Shown: one piece after another, positions 36,000-47,700 of the stretch
Layout of the letters: every line of letters begins with the position of its first letter
How positions within the stretch are numbered: position 1 is the first letter of the stretch
Assembly (NCBI RefSeq): GCF_018350175.1
Contig: NC_058369.1
Location: 8,494,001 to 8,558,000 of the forward strand
From: Felis catus
Lineage: Eukaryota
Length of the DNA stretch: 64,000 nt
Direction: 5' to 3'
Position numbers and translations under genes: made by a program
Notes under the pieces: generated by a model
What the model was told of the DNA's origin: nothing
Database searches by the model: none
The model's input: the letters and a program-made list of their open reading frames with translations, nothing else

Positions 36000-38188
36000 G
36001 TCACTCAAGATTTTGTTGGACCTAGATAGACCTCCCCACCCCCACCCCCACACACCTCTGCCCAGGGCTGGTGACTTTTATAAAAATTGCCTATTTACAG
36101 GAAGCCCAGCAAAAAAGGTCAAGGGAGGAAGAACATAACTGGAGTTGGGTGTTCAGCTCATTCTGACCCCACAGCCTTGTGGGGGGGGGGGGGGTCAAGG
36201 TTACCACGCCCGTTTCACAGACGGGGCAACCGAGGCTTGGGGGAAGGGACGGCTCAAGGTCACGTGGCCTCGGCAGAGCTGGGTTGGAAGCTGGGTTCGG
36301 GGCTACACTGCCTGCCTTACAGAGGGCCTGAAATATAACGATAGCGAGGAACAGAGATCACTGTAGGATAGTGACCAGGCACTCAGTTTGTGAGTTCAGT
36401 CCCCATCACATACCTTGAGGTGGGGACTGCTTTGCTCCCAATTTGCAGATGAGGAGACCGAGGCACAGAAAGCTTCCGAACAGCGAATCGGCACCTTGAC
36501 AGTGTTACTGCTGTGTTTCTCACCTGTGTTCGCCACTCAAATGTGGGCTCGGCCGAGGCAGGGGGTACGTCTTGTTTCATACATTGCTGGGCTCCCAGCA
36601 GGCACTCAATAAATGCCTATTAAGTGAAGGGGGCGGGCCAAGAGCAAGGTCAAGGCAGCTCAGGCTTCCGGAAGCAAGAACTGCCAGGGGCCTAGAGAGC
36701 GGAGCTTCTCTGTGACTGTCCCCTCACCTGCAGGTGGCGGTTCCGCCCACACACACCGGGGCTTCCGCTCCTTGGCTCTATGACCCAGGTCAGGACCCAA
36801 GCCTCCCTCTCATTTGTAAGTTTGCGCTGGCCCGTTGTTGAGTCGCTCGTGATGGGGAGGCCATCCGAGGCTTCGCACCATGTCCTACCCAACTGCAAGC
36901 CATGAACTGATTCTGGGAAGTGACTGTCACCAACGCCAGGGAGGTCCTGCCCAAGGGAAGGGTCCCAGGGAGGCAGTGGTGGAAAGGGGATGACTTCTCC
37001 GTCATCTTCTTTGAGTTGCTCTCCCTCTCTCTCTGCCCCTCCCCTGCTCGCGTGTACGTACACACACTCTCTCAAAATAAATAAACTTTAAAAAGGAAGA
37101 AAATCCTTTGAAAAATAAACAATAGAAGCTTAAAAGAAACGAGGCATGCAAAGAAACAAGAAAGTGGGGAGAGAGAGAGACAGAGACAGACAGACAGACA
37201 GCATGAGTGGGGGAGGGGCAGAGAGAGAGTGAGGGAGACACAGAATCCGGAGCAGGCTCCAGGCTCTGGGCTGTCAGTGCAGAGCTCGACGCGGGGGCTT
37301 GAGCCCGAGAACCCCTGATCTGTATTTTTTAAATAGGCATTTTTTTCATTGTACAAATTTATGTTGCATCTATGTTTACAAACGATACCACACCCTCTTC
37401 CCCAAAGAGGTCATGATAGTCAGAGGGAACAGAATCGAGCCCCGAGGTGGTCCTTTTAAGAAATTTTCAAGGGCGGGGCACCTGGGTGGCTCAGTCAGTG
37501 AAGAGACCAGCTTCGGCTCAGGTCATGATCTCACCGTTCACGAGTTCAAGCCCCGCATCAGGCTCTCTGCTGTCAGCACAGAGCCCGCTTCGGATCCTCT
37601 GTCTCCCTCTTTCTCTGCTCCTCCCCAACTCATGCTCCATTTCTCTGTCTCTCAAAAATAGACATTTAAAAAAGAAAAAAAGGAGTTTTCAGGGGCTTCC
37701 TTGCTGAGGTGCGGGCAGGGTTAAGAAAAACAAGGGATGAGGCACCGAGAGGCTAGCAACATGGGGAGCTTTTTACTTCTCCTAAGTCTGAAGGGGTAAG
37801 AGAAGAGGGACCATCCGACCTCCGGCTGCAGTCTTGGAGGGCTCAGGATGGGCAGAAGAAAGGAGGGAGTGGGGAAGAAATACTCCAACTTTTCCTCCAG
37901 CCTCTCCCATCTCCTGAAGGTGTTTCCTATTGGCCAAAGCTAACAGGAAGTGGAAGGGCGGGAGATTCTGGGAAATGTAGTTTGCAGGACCCAGGGCAGA
38001 GCGGAAGAGAGTGAAGATAGGTGGGAAACAAGGGGAAAAGGACCAACGCTCATGATGAAAGGCCTCCACTTTCTGCTTCTAAGACTGATTGTGTAAACCG
38101 AGCAAAGTCGCTCCAGCCTGACCATGAGGGACCTTCAGCTCTGTGTCAAACCCTGCCCTTTACTTTTCTGGAAGAAGATGCTTCCCTT

Positions 38189-38318
38189 NNNNNNNNNNNN
38201 NNNNNNNNNNNNNNNNNNNNNNNNNNNNNNNNNNNNNNNNNNNNNNNNNNNNNNNNNNNNNNNNNNNNNNNNNNNNNNNNNNNNNNNNNNNNNNNNNNNN
38301 NNNNNNNNNNNNNNNNNN
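38189..38318. other. Assembly gap (130 N)
   Basis: N run just upstream of the TSPAN16 terminal exon; the right flank is mid-SINE. Confidence 1.
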
Positions 38319-38448
38319 GAGCCCGACTCGGGGCTCGAACTCATGGACTGCGAGATCATGCCCTGAGCCGAAACTAAGAGTCTGACGCTCAACCGACGGA
38401 CCCTCCCAGGTGCCCCTGGTTCAATATTTCTTTCTTCTCCCCTCCCAG

Positions 38449-38496
38449 CTGCCAGGAATTCTTGACACTTTGCTTCTATTCATCAAACTAGGCTGA
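38449..38496 (+). pseudogene. TSPAN16: TSPAN16 terminal coding exon remnant
   Basis: cctcccag|LPGILDTLLLFIKLG* (TGA 38494-38496). Confidence 0.85.
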
Positions 38497-38593
38497 CAGA
38501 CCTGGGGACAGGCCATCTGGCCCACCGGGCTGCTGGAGATCTTGCCTCATTGTTTCTCTGTGGCACTCACTGCTTTTTGGAAGGGAGATTGGT

Positions 38594-38599
38594 AATAAA
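38594..38599 (+). terminator. Poly(A) signal of TSPAN16
   Basis: AATAAA about 100 nt after the stop codon. Confidence 0.65.
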
Positions 38600-39139
38600 A
38601 GATTTGGGAAGGCACTGTTAGCCTGACCCCTTTTTCCTTCCTTCTATTTTTTTTTTTTTTATACCAACTGGCAGTGATTTTAGCCCCAAGGACCTAAAAG
38701 GGATAACATGGCCTCCTTCTCATGAAATTGTCTTGTTTTTAAAATTATTTTGTGGAAAGAAATCTGTTTTTGAACGTTTATTTATTTTTGAGAGAGTGCA
38801 AGCAGGGGTGGGGCAGAGAGAGGGGGACAGAGGATCTGAGGCGGGCTGTGTGCCGACAGCAGAGAGCCCGACTCGGGGCTCAAACTCACGAACCTCGAGA
38901 TCATGACCTGAGCCCAAGTTGGATGCTCAACCGACTGAGCCACCCAGACGCCCCAGGAGAACTTTTGAGATGTGCTGTCTTAGTAACTTTCAAATATGAA
39001 TTAGGGTATTATTAATTACAGCCCGCATGCTGTACGTTACATCCCCAGGACTTACACATTTGGTTTCTTTGAATCGGATCCAAATAACGTGCACACATCA
39101 TGTCTTCTTGTCATGTCTCCTAAATCCCTTTTACCCAAA

Positions 39140-39660
39140 TTAGAGCGTGCACTAAAATCCTCTGAATATTCTGTTCAAGCCCAGAGGCCGGCGGCCCCAC
39201 CTCCAGGGCTTCTGACTCCAGATCCGGAGTGGGACCCAGGGCTCTGAATTCCAAACAGGTTCCCGGCCGGTGCTCCAGAACACGCGCAGAAAACCGCTGT
39301 TCCGGGTTCTTCCTCCTCGTCTCCAGTCCCACCAACCTTCGATTTGTGGGAGAAAGAGCGGGGAATACTGGGGAATGCCATGCCTCCTGGATTGACCCCT
39401 CAGTGCTGTTGTGGTCCCTGTATCTTCTTCCTCCCTCCCCCATATTTCCTGTAAGTCACTTGTTGCCAGCCCTGGCTGTCCCTTAGAACCTCCTGGAAGC
39501 TTTCACAAAATACTCAAGCCCGCACCCCCCCTCCACCTTCTGGTTTGATTGGATTGGGCGGGGGCCTGGGACTCTGATTGGATTGGATTGGATTGGGCTG
39601 GGGACTCTTACATTTACCAGGCGATTCTAAGGGGGTGGCTACGGTCATTGCGGAGAATCA
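39140..39660. mobile_element. Two MER5-like (hAT-Charlie) DNA transposon relics
   Basis: gccccacctccagggcttctgactcc...ggagtgggacccagg and ttagaacctcctggaagctttcacaaaatact...caggcgattcta resemble MER5A/MER5B. Confidence 0.55.
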
Positions 39661-40174
39661 ATAAGCGAAGGGCTTCATCCAATGACCTCAGCCACCTGGA
39701 CCAGTTCTGTCACTGGGGATTCCAAAATGGCGGTTTCTCTCATCTCTCCATCCTTCCTTTGGGGGGATTTGGAGAAAGATAATATGAGCACGTGTGGTAT
39801 TTGTTATTGCTGCAATCACTTCCCACTTCAGGAAAGGAGGCTCCCGCTTTCCTCTGGAGCCAGCCCACCTCTCCGATTTCCATCCCTAAGCCTGTCGGGC
39901 AAGTGGTCTCAGTCAGCCAATCAGAATGTTCCAGCTTTCTGTCCCATGTTCTGGTTCAGGCAAGGGACCCAAGCTGGTCAAGGATGCTCGGCTTGGGGAC
40001 TTTGGATACGGTGCCCAGCTCCCACGAAGCTCACCTCGCCTCGTGAGGGCAAGGCTGCAGAGCAAAGGCACTGGGAGCGGCCGAGAATCCTGGGACGGTA
40101 TGCAATCCTGGGACAGCACACTCTTGAGCCCTGCAGTTCATACATTCACTCAACAAACATCTGTGGCGTGCTTG

Positions 40175-40224
40175 CTGTTAAGTCACAAATGAACCGTTTT
40201 TACTCACAACACTTCTGGCACTGC

Positions 40225-40255
<31 letters not shown>

Positions 40256-41170
40256 CGCGCGCGCGCGCGCGTGTGCACGTGTAGGGGTTTCACAGCAAAC
40301 AATTCTCTCCAGGGACCAACTGGGTGTCCTGGAGTTCAGTTCCGACACTACCCGGAGTTTGAGGCAGATACCAAAAATGTAAAGACTCAGTCCCACGAGA
40401 CTGCCCCCACTTCAGACACCGGTTACAAGGATTGGGTCCCCAGGTGACCTATACTGTCTGACTTGGCCCCCAACCCCAGGCAGAGGGTTCCGACGATCCC
40501 CCTTCCCTTTCAGGCTTCACAATTAGAATGACTCACAGAACTCAGTAAGTTTGTCAGTTACTATTGTTAGGCAGTTTAAAAAAATTTTTTTTTAATGTTT
40601 TATTTATGTTTGAGAGAGAGAGAGAGAGACAGAGTGCGAGCAGGGGAGGGGCAGAGAGAGAGAGGGAGACACCGAATCCGAAGCAGGCTCCAGGCTCTGA
40701 GCTGTCAGCACAGAGCCCGACGCGGGGCTCGAACTCACAACCCTGAGGGATCAAGACCCGAGCTGCGATCAAGAGTCAGAAGCTTAATGGACTGAGCCAC
40801 CCAGGTGTCCCAAATGATGAAAGGGTATAAATCAGGAACAGCCTAATGGAAAAGACGCACCGGGAAAGGTATGGAGAAGGGGCGCGGGGCCTCTGTGTCC
40901 TCTCCAGGGGCGCCCCCCACCTCCCTAGCCCCTTAATTGGCCATTGGGGATGAACTCGATCTCCAGCTCGGGCCTGTCTCCCCTCCCCGGAGGTCAGGGT
41001 CTGGGCTCAGAGTTCCCACCCTCTCGTCTTGGCTTGTTCTTTCTGGAGACCAGCCTCCATCCCGAAGCATACAAAACACACTCTTATCACTCCAGAGATC
41101 CCAAGGGCTTTAGGAGCTGTGTGCCAGGAACCCCAGGACAAAGATCTAATATTTCTTTTTTATTCTGTCA
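40175..41170. mobile_element. MER21-like solo LTR interrupted by a Can-SINE (40577-40812)
   Basis: Recognisable blocks: caactgggtgtcc, agtcccacgagactgcccccacttcagac, ttggccattggggatgaactcgatctccagc, cccaagggctttaggagctgtgtgccaggaacc. Confidence 0.7.
40222..40283. repeat. (TG)n(CG)n compound microsatellite
   Basis: 62 nt of uninterrupted purine-pyrimidine alternation, with (GC)8 at 40255-40270. Confidence 0.95.
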
Positions 41171-42067
41171 AACAGGAAATGAGCTGGGAGTGGTGGCGAA
41201 AAATTTTTAAAAATCCCTGCATTTGAGGAACTGTCATTGTATTGAAAGAGGCGCTTAAATAAGTAAATTGTATAGCAGTTTCCATTCTAGGGGCTATGTG
41301 GAGAGGGACACAGGGAAACGGACATTAGAAATGCTGCAGAGACCCTCTCTCTCTGCCCCTCCCCCGCTAGCACTCTGTCTCTGTCTCTCAAAAATAAGTA
41401 AACATTCAAAAAAAAATTTTTTTTAAATGCTGCAGAGAGGTTACAGCACTAAACGCAGGGAGGGAGGGAAGAGGGAAAGGGGGTCAATGAGAAGGTGAGA
41501 TTTGCACAAAGAGGGCTTGAGTGAGAGGAGCCATTTGACTTCAGGCAGGGGGCATAGCCAGTGCAAAGGCCCTGGGGCAGGGGCCTGGTGTGTTCAAATA
41601 GCAGCAAGGCCAATGTGACTGCAGCATTGCAAATGTGGGGGGGCAGGTGGGAAGAGCTGAGGGAAGGGAAGTGACAGGTCAGATCATGCAGGCCCTTGTG
41701 AGCCGCAAGGAAGACTTAGGCATTTACTCTGAGTGGGAGCCATGGAGGGTTCTGAGGAGAGGAGCAATCTGCCTCGACCCGGGTATTCACGGGCTCCCTC
41801 TGGCTGCAGCGGGGAGGACAGATGTCTTACCCCGCCCCCACCCCCGCCCCTCCCCACCACACAGCAAACTTTCCGGGGCCCAGGTGGTGGGCCCGAACCT
41901 TGGCTAGAGGCAGCCCCAGACCCGAGCCTCTCTAGCCTGATTCAGGTTCTGCCGCGGAACGCACGGCCCTCGACCAAGCATCTACTTGGCTGATCCGACC
42001 CCTCTCTTCCTGGAAACCACGTTTCACTAATGGAAATACAAGAACAAGGGCATCTGGGCGTAACGGC

Positions 42068-42073
42068 TTTATT
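42068..42073 (-). terminator. Probable RAB3D poly(A) signal (3'UTR about 2.5 kb, roughly 42050-44533)
   Basis: AATAAA on the minus strand followed by a U/GU-rich element (ccccttgttcttgtatttcc); the intervening region is free of Can-SINEs. Confidence 0.7.
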
Positions 42074-44533
42074 TTCTCTTGTGGATTAAAAGTGCTCATC
42101 TTGCCAAGTGGACATCAAAGAATCGCTTACGCAGGAGAACCACATCCAGTAATACAGATGACCCAGCCGAGAGCTCCCTCCGTAGTGTTTCGGGATGGAG
42201 GCGAGAAGCCGGTTCGTGGCCTCTCCCGACTCCACTCTCCCCGGAGAGGCGGCTTTCCCACGGCTTTTGGCTTCGTTTTGGCTTGTAAAACTCAACAAAT
42301 CTCCGTCCCCCTGCCCGTGATCTTCGAGGACATTGGTTGCGGTTCCCCAGAGACCATCGCGAGGTAAGCCTCCCACCTAAAATTATAAAATCACCACTTG
42401 GCGTTATTTTTAGAAGAAACAAGCCAAAAAAGAAAAAAAAAAATCCCTCTCCGACATAAACCTAGTCTTGAGAAAACCCAGAGGCAGTTCGCTGTCTCAG
42501 GGCTACTCAAGGCTGAGCTGTTCAAAAATCTTGTGTAAACACAAGGCTTAGCCCACGTCAGGTACGAGACACAGGTTGGTCCGTCCCTTTAGATAATCGC
42601 AGTCTGGTCCACTGTTTTGGTTTTTTTTGTTTGTTTGTTTTCTGGCAGCAGCCTGAGAAAATGGGCTGGCCGACACACTCTTGATAGACCATGATGCATC
42701 TCAACAGGCTTTTTCCTAGCTGCCTTAATTTCTCCTTTACGCTAGAGCAACTAACATTTTTGACTCCTGCCCCGCACGTCCCCCAAGCTCGCTGTGCGTG
42801 TTTCCAGAAACTTGTCCGTCTCACCCCTGTTGTCTGATGTGTTGGCTTACAAAGCTACCCTCGCTTTGAAAGCTCGAAGGGCAGCCCTCGGCAGTGGGAT
42901 GAACGGGGCCCTCTAGAAAGAAATTCAATCCACAGCTTCTATAAGGGGAAGAGCTAAGTTGAACTTCCAGCAGGAGGAGGCTGAGATCTTTAAGGCTCCA
43001 GGAAGTCATTTTGGTGTCAGGGGCTGGGAGTGGAATACGACCCACCTGTTCAGGCCATCCTCACAGGGCCCGTCAAGTTATGGGAGGTTAGTTGGTGTGC
43101 CGGGGCCCAAACAGGTGCCATGCCACCGGAGTGCGGACTTCGGGGGGTAGGAGGGACGCTGAGTCGGGGTGGGGGATGGAGGTCAAGATGTAGATCCTCA
43201 AACTGCACATAACCTCCCGGCAGGAGCCTCCCTGCCGGCTGGGGACCCCAGTCAACCGGGGAGACTGATTTCCAGCCCACCCCCATCAGCCTGCCCCTCC
43301 CGAGCTGTATCTGCGAATCCCATGTGGCAATAACCATTGCACAACGCTGCCTTCTTGCCTCTTCTGCCCAACCCTAAAGCCTCCCTTAGAGGGACGCCTC
43401 CATTTGTAGGAAGCATCGCATCCCTGGGCCCCACCACTGATGTGACTCAGGAAATGGACTCTGGGTCCTCAAGGGTCCTCGATGGGGAAGAGCCCAGGTC
43501 CTTCCGTCGGCAAGCCGCCAGCAAGAGCAGGCTATAGGAACATTGCTCAATTTCCTTTTCTAGCAGGATGTAGGATGTGGAAAGACCTTGCTTAAAACAT
43601 CGCCAGGCAAACGGGGTCTGGGAGAGGCAGGTATGGGCAGGAGGACTCCTGGCTCTGAGGCTAACTCCTGGCAAAAAGTCCCAGGCAGGAACACCCAGGG
43701 TTGGGCCATTCTCTGCCCAGCCTGATGCGGCCCATAATTCTAGAATTCAATCCAGGGATCAGAGATCTAGCGAATAGAGTAAAACAGTGGCAGGGTTGTG
43801 GGTGATGTGGAATACTGGGGAAGCTCAGAAGGCACTTCTGGGGTCCCTGAAGCCGGCGGGGGGGCAGGGGGGGTGCTGGGGGGTGGGGCTCTGACTTCCT
43901 GTCTCTTTACAATGGGAAAACCTGCTTTAATACTGTGTTCACAGGCAGCCGATCTGCAGGCCAGAAGGGAAGGGTCTGTGCGGGCCAGAATCACCTCCCC
44001 GCCTTGGAAGCTTGAGGTCTGAGGAGGTTCACGGGCAGGCTTGGGACCACCCCGGGGGACCCTGAGAAAGGAGTCGCCTTCCACATCTCCGAGGGTGAAC
44101 TCTGAGGACTCACACCGCAGGAGGGAGAAGACGAACGAACCAGCTTGTGAATTCCAGGCAACGCCCAACACAGAATGGACGAGAACAAGTTCTAACCCAG
44201 AAGGCACTGTGGATGCCCCTCCTCCAGACGGGGTGGGACAGGCCGCCCTTGCTCCCTCCATTAAAATGGCTGAAAAGCAGCAAGCTCGCGCACGTCAACA
44301 TCCCCAGACCCCGCCTGCCGTGCAGAGTCCCCAGGGTCTGGAGCTCATGATAAGGCTGCTTTGGGCAAGTTGGCGGCCATGGCGAGAAGATGAGCCATGC
44401 GGGAGTCGGGGCGGCTGACAGCTGGGGGGAGGGAAGGGGGTGCCCTGAGCTTAGCAACAGCCCTTGTGGCTCATGCCTCAGTCACAGTCCCTGCCGAGGC
44501 AGGAAGGGGTGGACAGGGGGTTGGGGACCATCT

Positions 44534-44721
44534 CTAGCAGCTGCAACCGCTGGGCTCGGGGGGCGGGGTGTCCCCCAAGGCCGGGCCTTTCCCATTGCTG
44601 CCCGGGCCGGAGCTGGGTTCTAGGGACTCATTCATCTTCTCACAGATGACGTCCACCAGGCGCTCGAAGACCTGCTTCACGTTGATGTTCTCTTTGGCAC
44701 TGGCCTCGAAGAACTCGAAAC
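44534..44721 (-). CDS. RAB3D: RAB3D last coding exon (188 nt CDS)
   Basis: [61 protein letters not shown]. Confidence 0.96.
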
Positions 44722-47700
44722 CTGGATGGACACAGGGTGGGAACACCAGTAAGCCCGGGCTGTGGCATCACCCAAACATGGCTTCCGAGCCCAGGTCTGC
44801 CCTTCGTGCAGCCGTGGGACCTTGGCTGAGCGCCTCGATCTCTCGAAGCCTCAGTTTGCTCATCAATAGGATGGGAACGATGCTGACGCTGATAAGACCT
44901 GTGGCGGCAGCCCCCCGTGGGGACTATTCTAAGAATCTCCTTGTCACAGAGCAGTGGCCGCAGGTGACGTTCTGGTGGCCAGCAGGCACGTGAGGAACGG
45001 CAGGTTTCCCAGGGGTGTACGCGATGCATACCGTTCTTGACCCACAGAACGGGCTAAAGATGGTAATAAGGATAATACTAAATAACAACAACAACAATAA
45101 TAATAATAATAATAAGCAGTGCTGACGTCATCCTTACTATGGCGAGCGCTTTTCTCAGCATTTTCTGCAAACTGACTCATTTCATGATGCTCTGAGGTTC
45201 ATGCTATCAGAGTCCGTTTTACAAATGAGGAAACCAAGGCACAGAGAGGAAAAGCCACTCATCCAAAGGTATCACACGGCAGAGCTGGGATTCACACCCA
45301 GGCCGCCTGGCTTAAGTGACGATAGTTAATAAACACGAAATACATATTTTGGATCTAAATAAATAAATGATGATAAATATCCCTACGGTCCCACCTTGGG
45401 CCTCAGGAGGGAAGACACGTTGGTTGAGTCCTTCTGGGGAGGAGGACACGAGGGTCCTTTATATATATATATTTTTTAACATTTATTCATTTTAGAGGAA
45501 CGGAGAGACAGAGCATGAGTGGGCAAGGGGCAGAGAGAGAGGGAGACACACAGCCCGACGCGGGGCTTGAATCCATGAACCGTGAGCTCATGACCTGAGC
45601 CGAAGTCAGATGCTTAAGCGATTGAGCCACCCGGGCCCCCCAGGATTTTTTTTTTAGGATTTTATTTAAAAAAATTTTTTTTTCAACGTTTATTTATTTT
45701 TGGGACAGAGAGAGACAGAGCATGAATGGGGGAGGGGCAGAGAGAGAGGGAGACACAGAATCGGAAACAGGCTCCAGGCTCCGAGCCATCAGCCCAGAGC
45801 CCGACGCGGGGCTCGAACTCACGGACCGCGAGATTGTGACCTGGCTGAAGTCGGACGCTTAACCGACTGCGCCGCCCAGGCGCCCCTAGGATTTTATTTT
45901 TAAAGTAATCTCGACACCTAACGTGGGTTCAAACTTACAAGTCTAAGATCAAGAGTCGTATGCTCTACCAACTGAGCCAGCCAAGTGTCCCTGAATATAT
46001 TCTTAGCATCAGAGTGACCAGCATACCTGTCTCTCATTTTAAAAAAGCTTGTCCTGGGGCACCTGGGTGGCTCAGTCGGTTAAGCATCCGACTTTTGATT
46101 TTTGGCTCAGGTCATGATCTCACGGTTTGGGGGTTTGAGCCCCATGTCGGGCTCTGTGCTGACAGTGTGGAGCCTGCTTGGGATCCTCCCTCTCCTTCTC
46201 TCTCTGCCCCTCCCCTGTTCCCTCTCTCTTTCTCTCAAAATAAATAAATAAACTTGAAAAACAAAAAACAAAACAAAACGAAACTTGTCCTCCCAAACGT
46301 GGAAGGTAGTAAATATACTTTGGGGACTTGCCTGTCATCCCTCGGTTACAAAAAGCGGGCTGTCAACCTAAAAATAAGGGCGTACACGTACATGACAAGG
46401 CTTCCCGCACCCCGGAAGGCTGGCTCAGGCTCTGCCTAGGGGTCCCCGATATGTCCGCACCCACCACACCTGCCAAGTTGGGCCAGGGATTCAAACACCC
46501 ACCATACTATGCACACAGCACCGGGCAGACAGGCCTCTCTCCCAGCACCTGTCATGCCGCACTATAAAAATGTAATTGTAATTAAGTAATTACGTGTGTA
46601 ATTACCCATTTACTATCCGTCTCCGCTACTGGTGCGCCAGCTCCAAGGTGGCAGGATTTCTGTCTGCCTCGTCCGGTGCCTGGCCCAGAGCAGGTGCTCA
46701 GAAACTACTTGCTGAATGAATGAATAGATGGATGAACGAACGAACGAATGACAGAGGCAGGGCATGAACTCAGATCTCTTACTCCAAGCCTCGTGATCAT
46801 AAGTGTCACTCCACTGTCCTCCTAAGCAAGACTGGCATTTCCTTATCTGCGTGCAGCTCTGTCTCCAACAATCTTAGTTTTTTTTTTTTTTTAATTTTTT
46901 TTTCAACGTTTTTATTTATTTTTGGGACAGAGAGAGACAGAGCATGAACGGGGGAGGGGCAGAGAGAGAGGGAGACACAGAATCGGAAACAGGCTCCAGG
47001 CTCCGAGCCGTCAGCCCAGAGCCCGACGCAGGGCTCGAACTCCCGGACCGCGAGATCGTGACCTGGCTGAAGTCGGACGCTTAACCGACTGCGCCACCCA
47101 GGCGCACCTTTAGTTTTTTTTTTAATACTTTTTTTTTGCTGATTATAAATATTCAGTGGAGAAATCCACTGAAGAAGTTAGAAACTCCTGAAAACTACCA
47201 AGACAGAAAAGCAACCTGTGATTTTACCATTGAGAAACACTTACTATTGGTGTCTTGATATTTAGCTTTCCGCTATATATTTTTTTAACATAAATACACA
47301 ATCATTGGGGTTGGGTCTGCAGGAGGTATGTGTGCGCGTGTGTGCGTGCTTCTGCGTGTAGTTTTTTTTATTTTTTTAAGTTTTGAGAGAGAGAGAGTGC
47401 AAGCAGGCGAGGGGCAGGGAGAAGAGAGAGGGAGAGAATCCCAAGCAGGGTCCGCGCTGTCAGCACAGAGCCCGACGCAGGGCTTGAACTCACGAACCGT
47501 GAGATCTTGACCTGAACCGCAATCAAGAGTCGGACGCTTAACCGCTGAGCCATCCAGGTACCCCATGTATGTATTCTTTTCCCTACAAAACTGGGGTCAA
47601 ATTCTGCCTCCTGCTCTGTATGTCAATATTTGAAACTTAATGCCAGGTCAGACACCCCCCACCCCCCACTAGATGTTCTCTGCAAGGTGTGGGCAACATC

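Larger units (their letters stand above)
27750..38496 (+). pseudogene. TSPAN16: Tetraspanin 16, probable unitary pseudogene
   Basis: Exon remnants at 27750-27818, 29315-29512, 31966-32031, 33940-34045, 35882-35999 and 38449-38496 translate to TSPAN16-like peptides (AEMHTPYSS, SAYLLHVG, VALEHVFATLRKN, LKCCG, LPGILDTLLLFIKLG*) in the expected syntenic position. Several independent inactivating lesions (see findings). Confidence 0.88.

Noticed and set aside
36061-36100. cccag|ggctggtgacttttataaaaattgcc as TSPAN16 exon 6
   Set aside because: Only a faint resemblance, it would leave a 66-nt intron, and downstream sequence does not match the expected exon.
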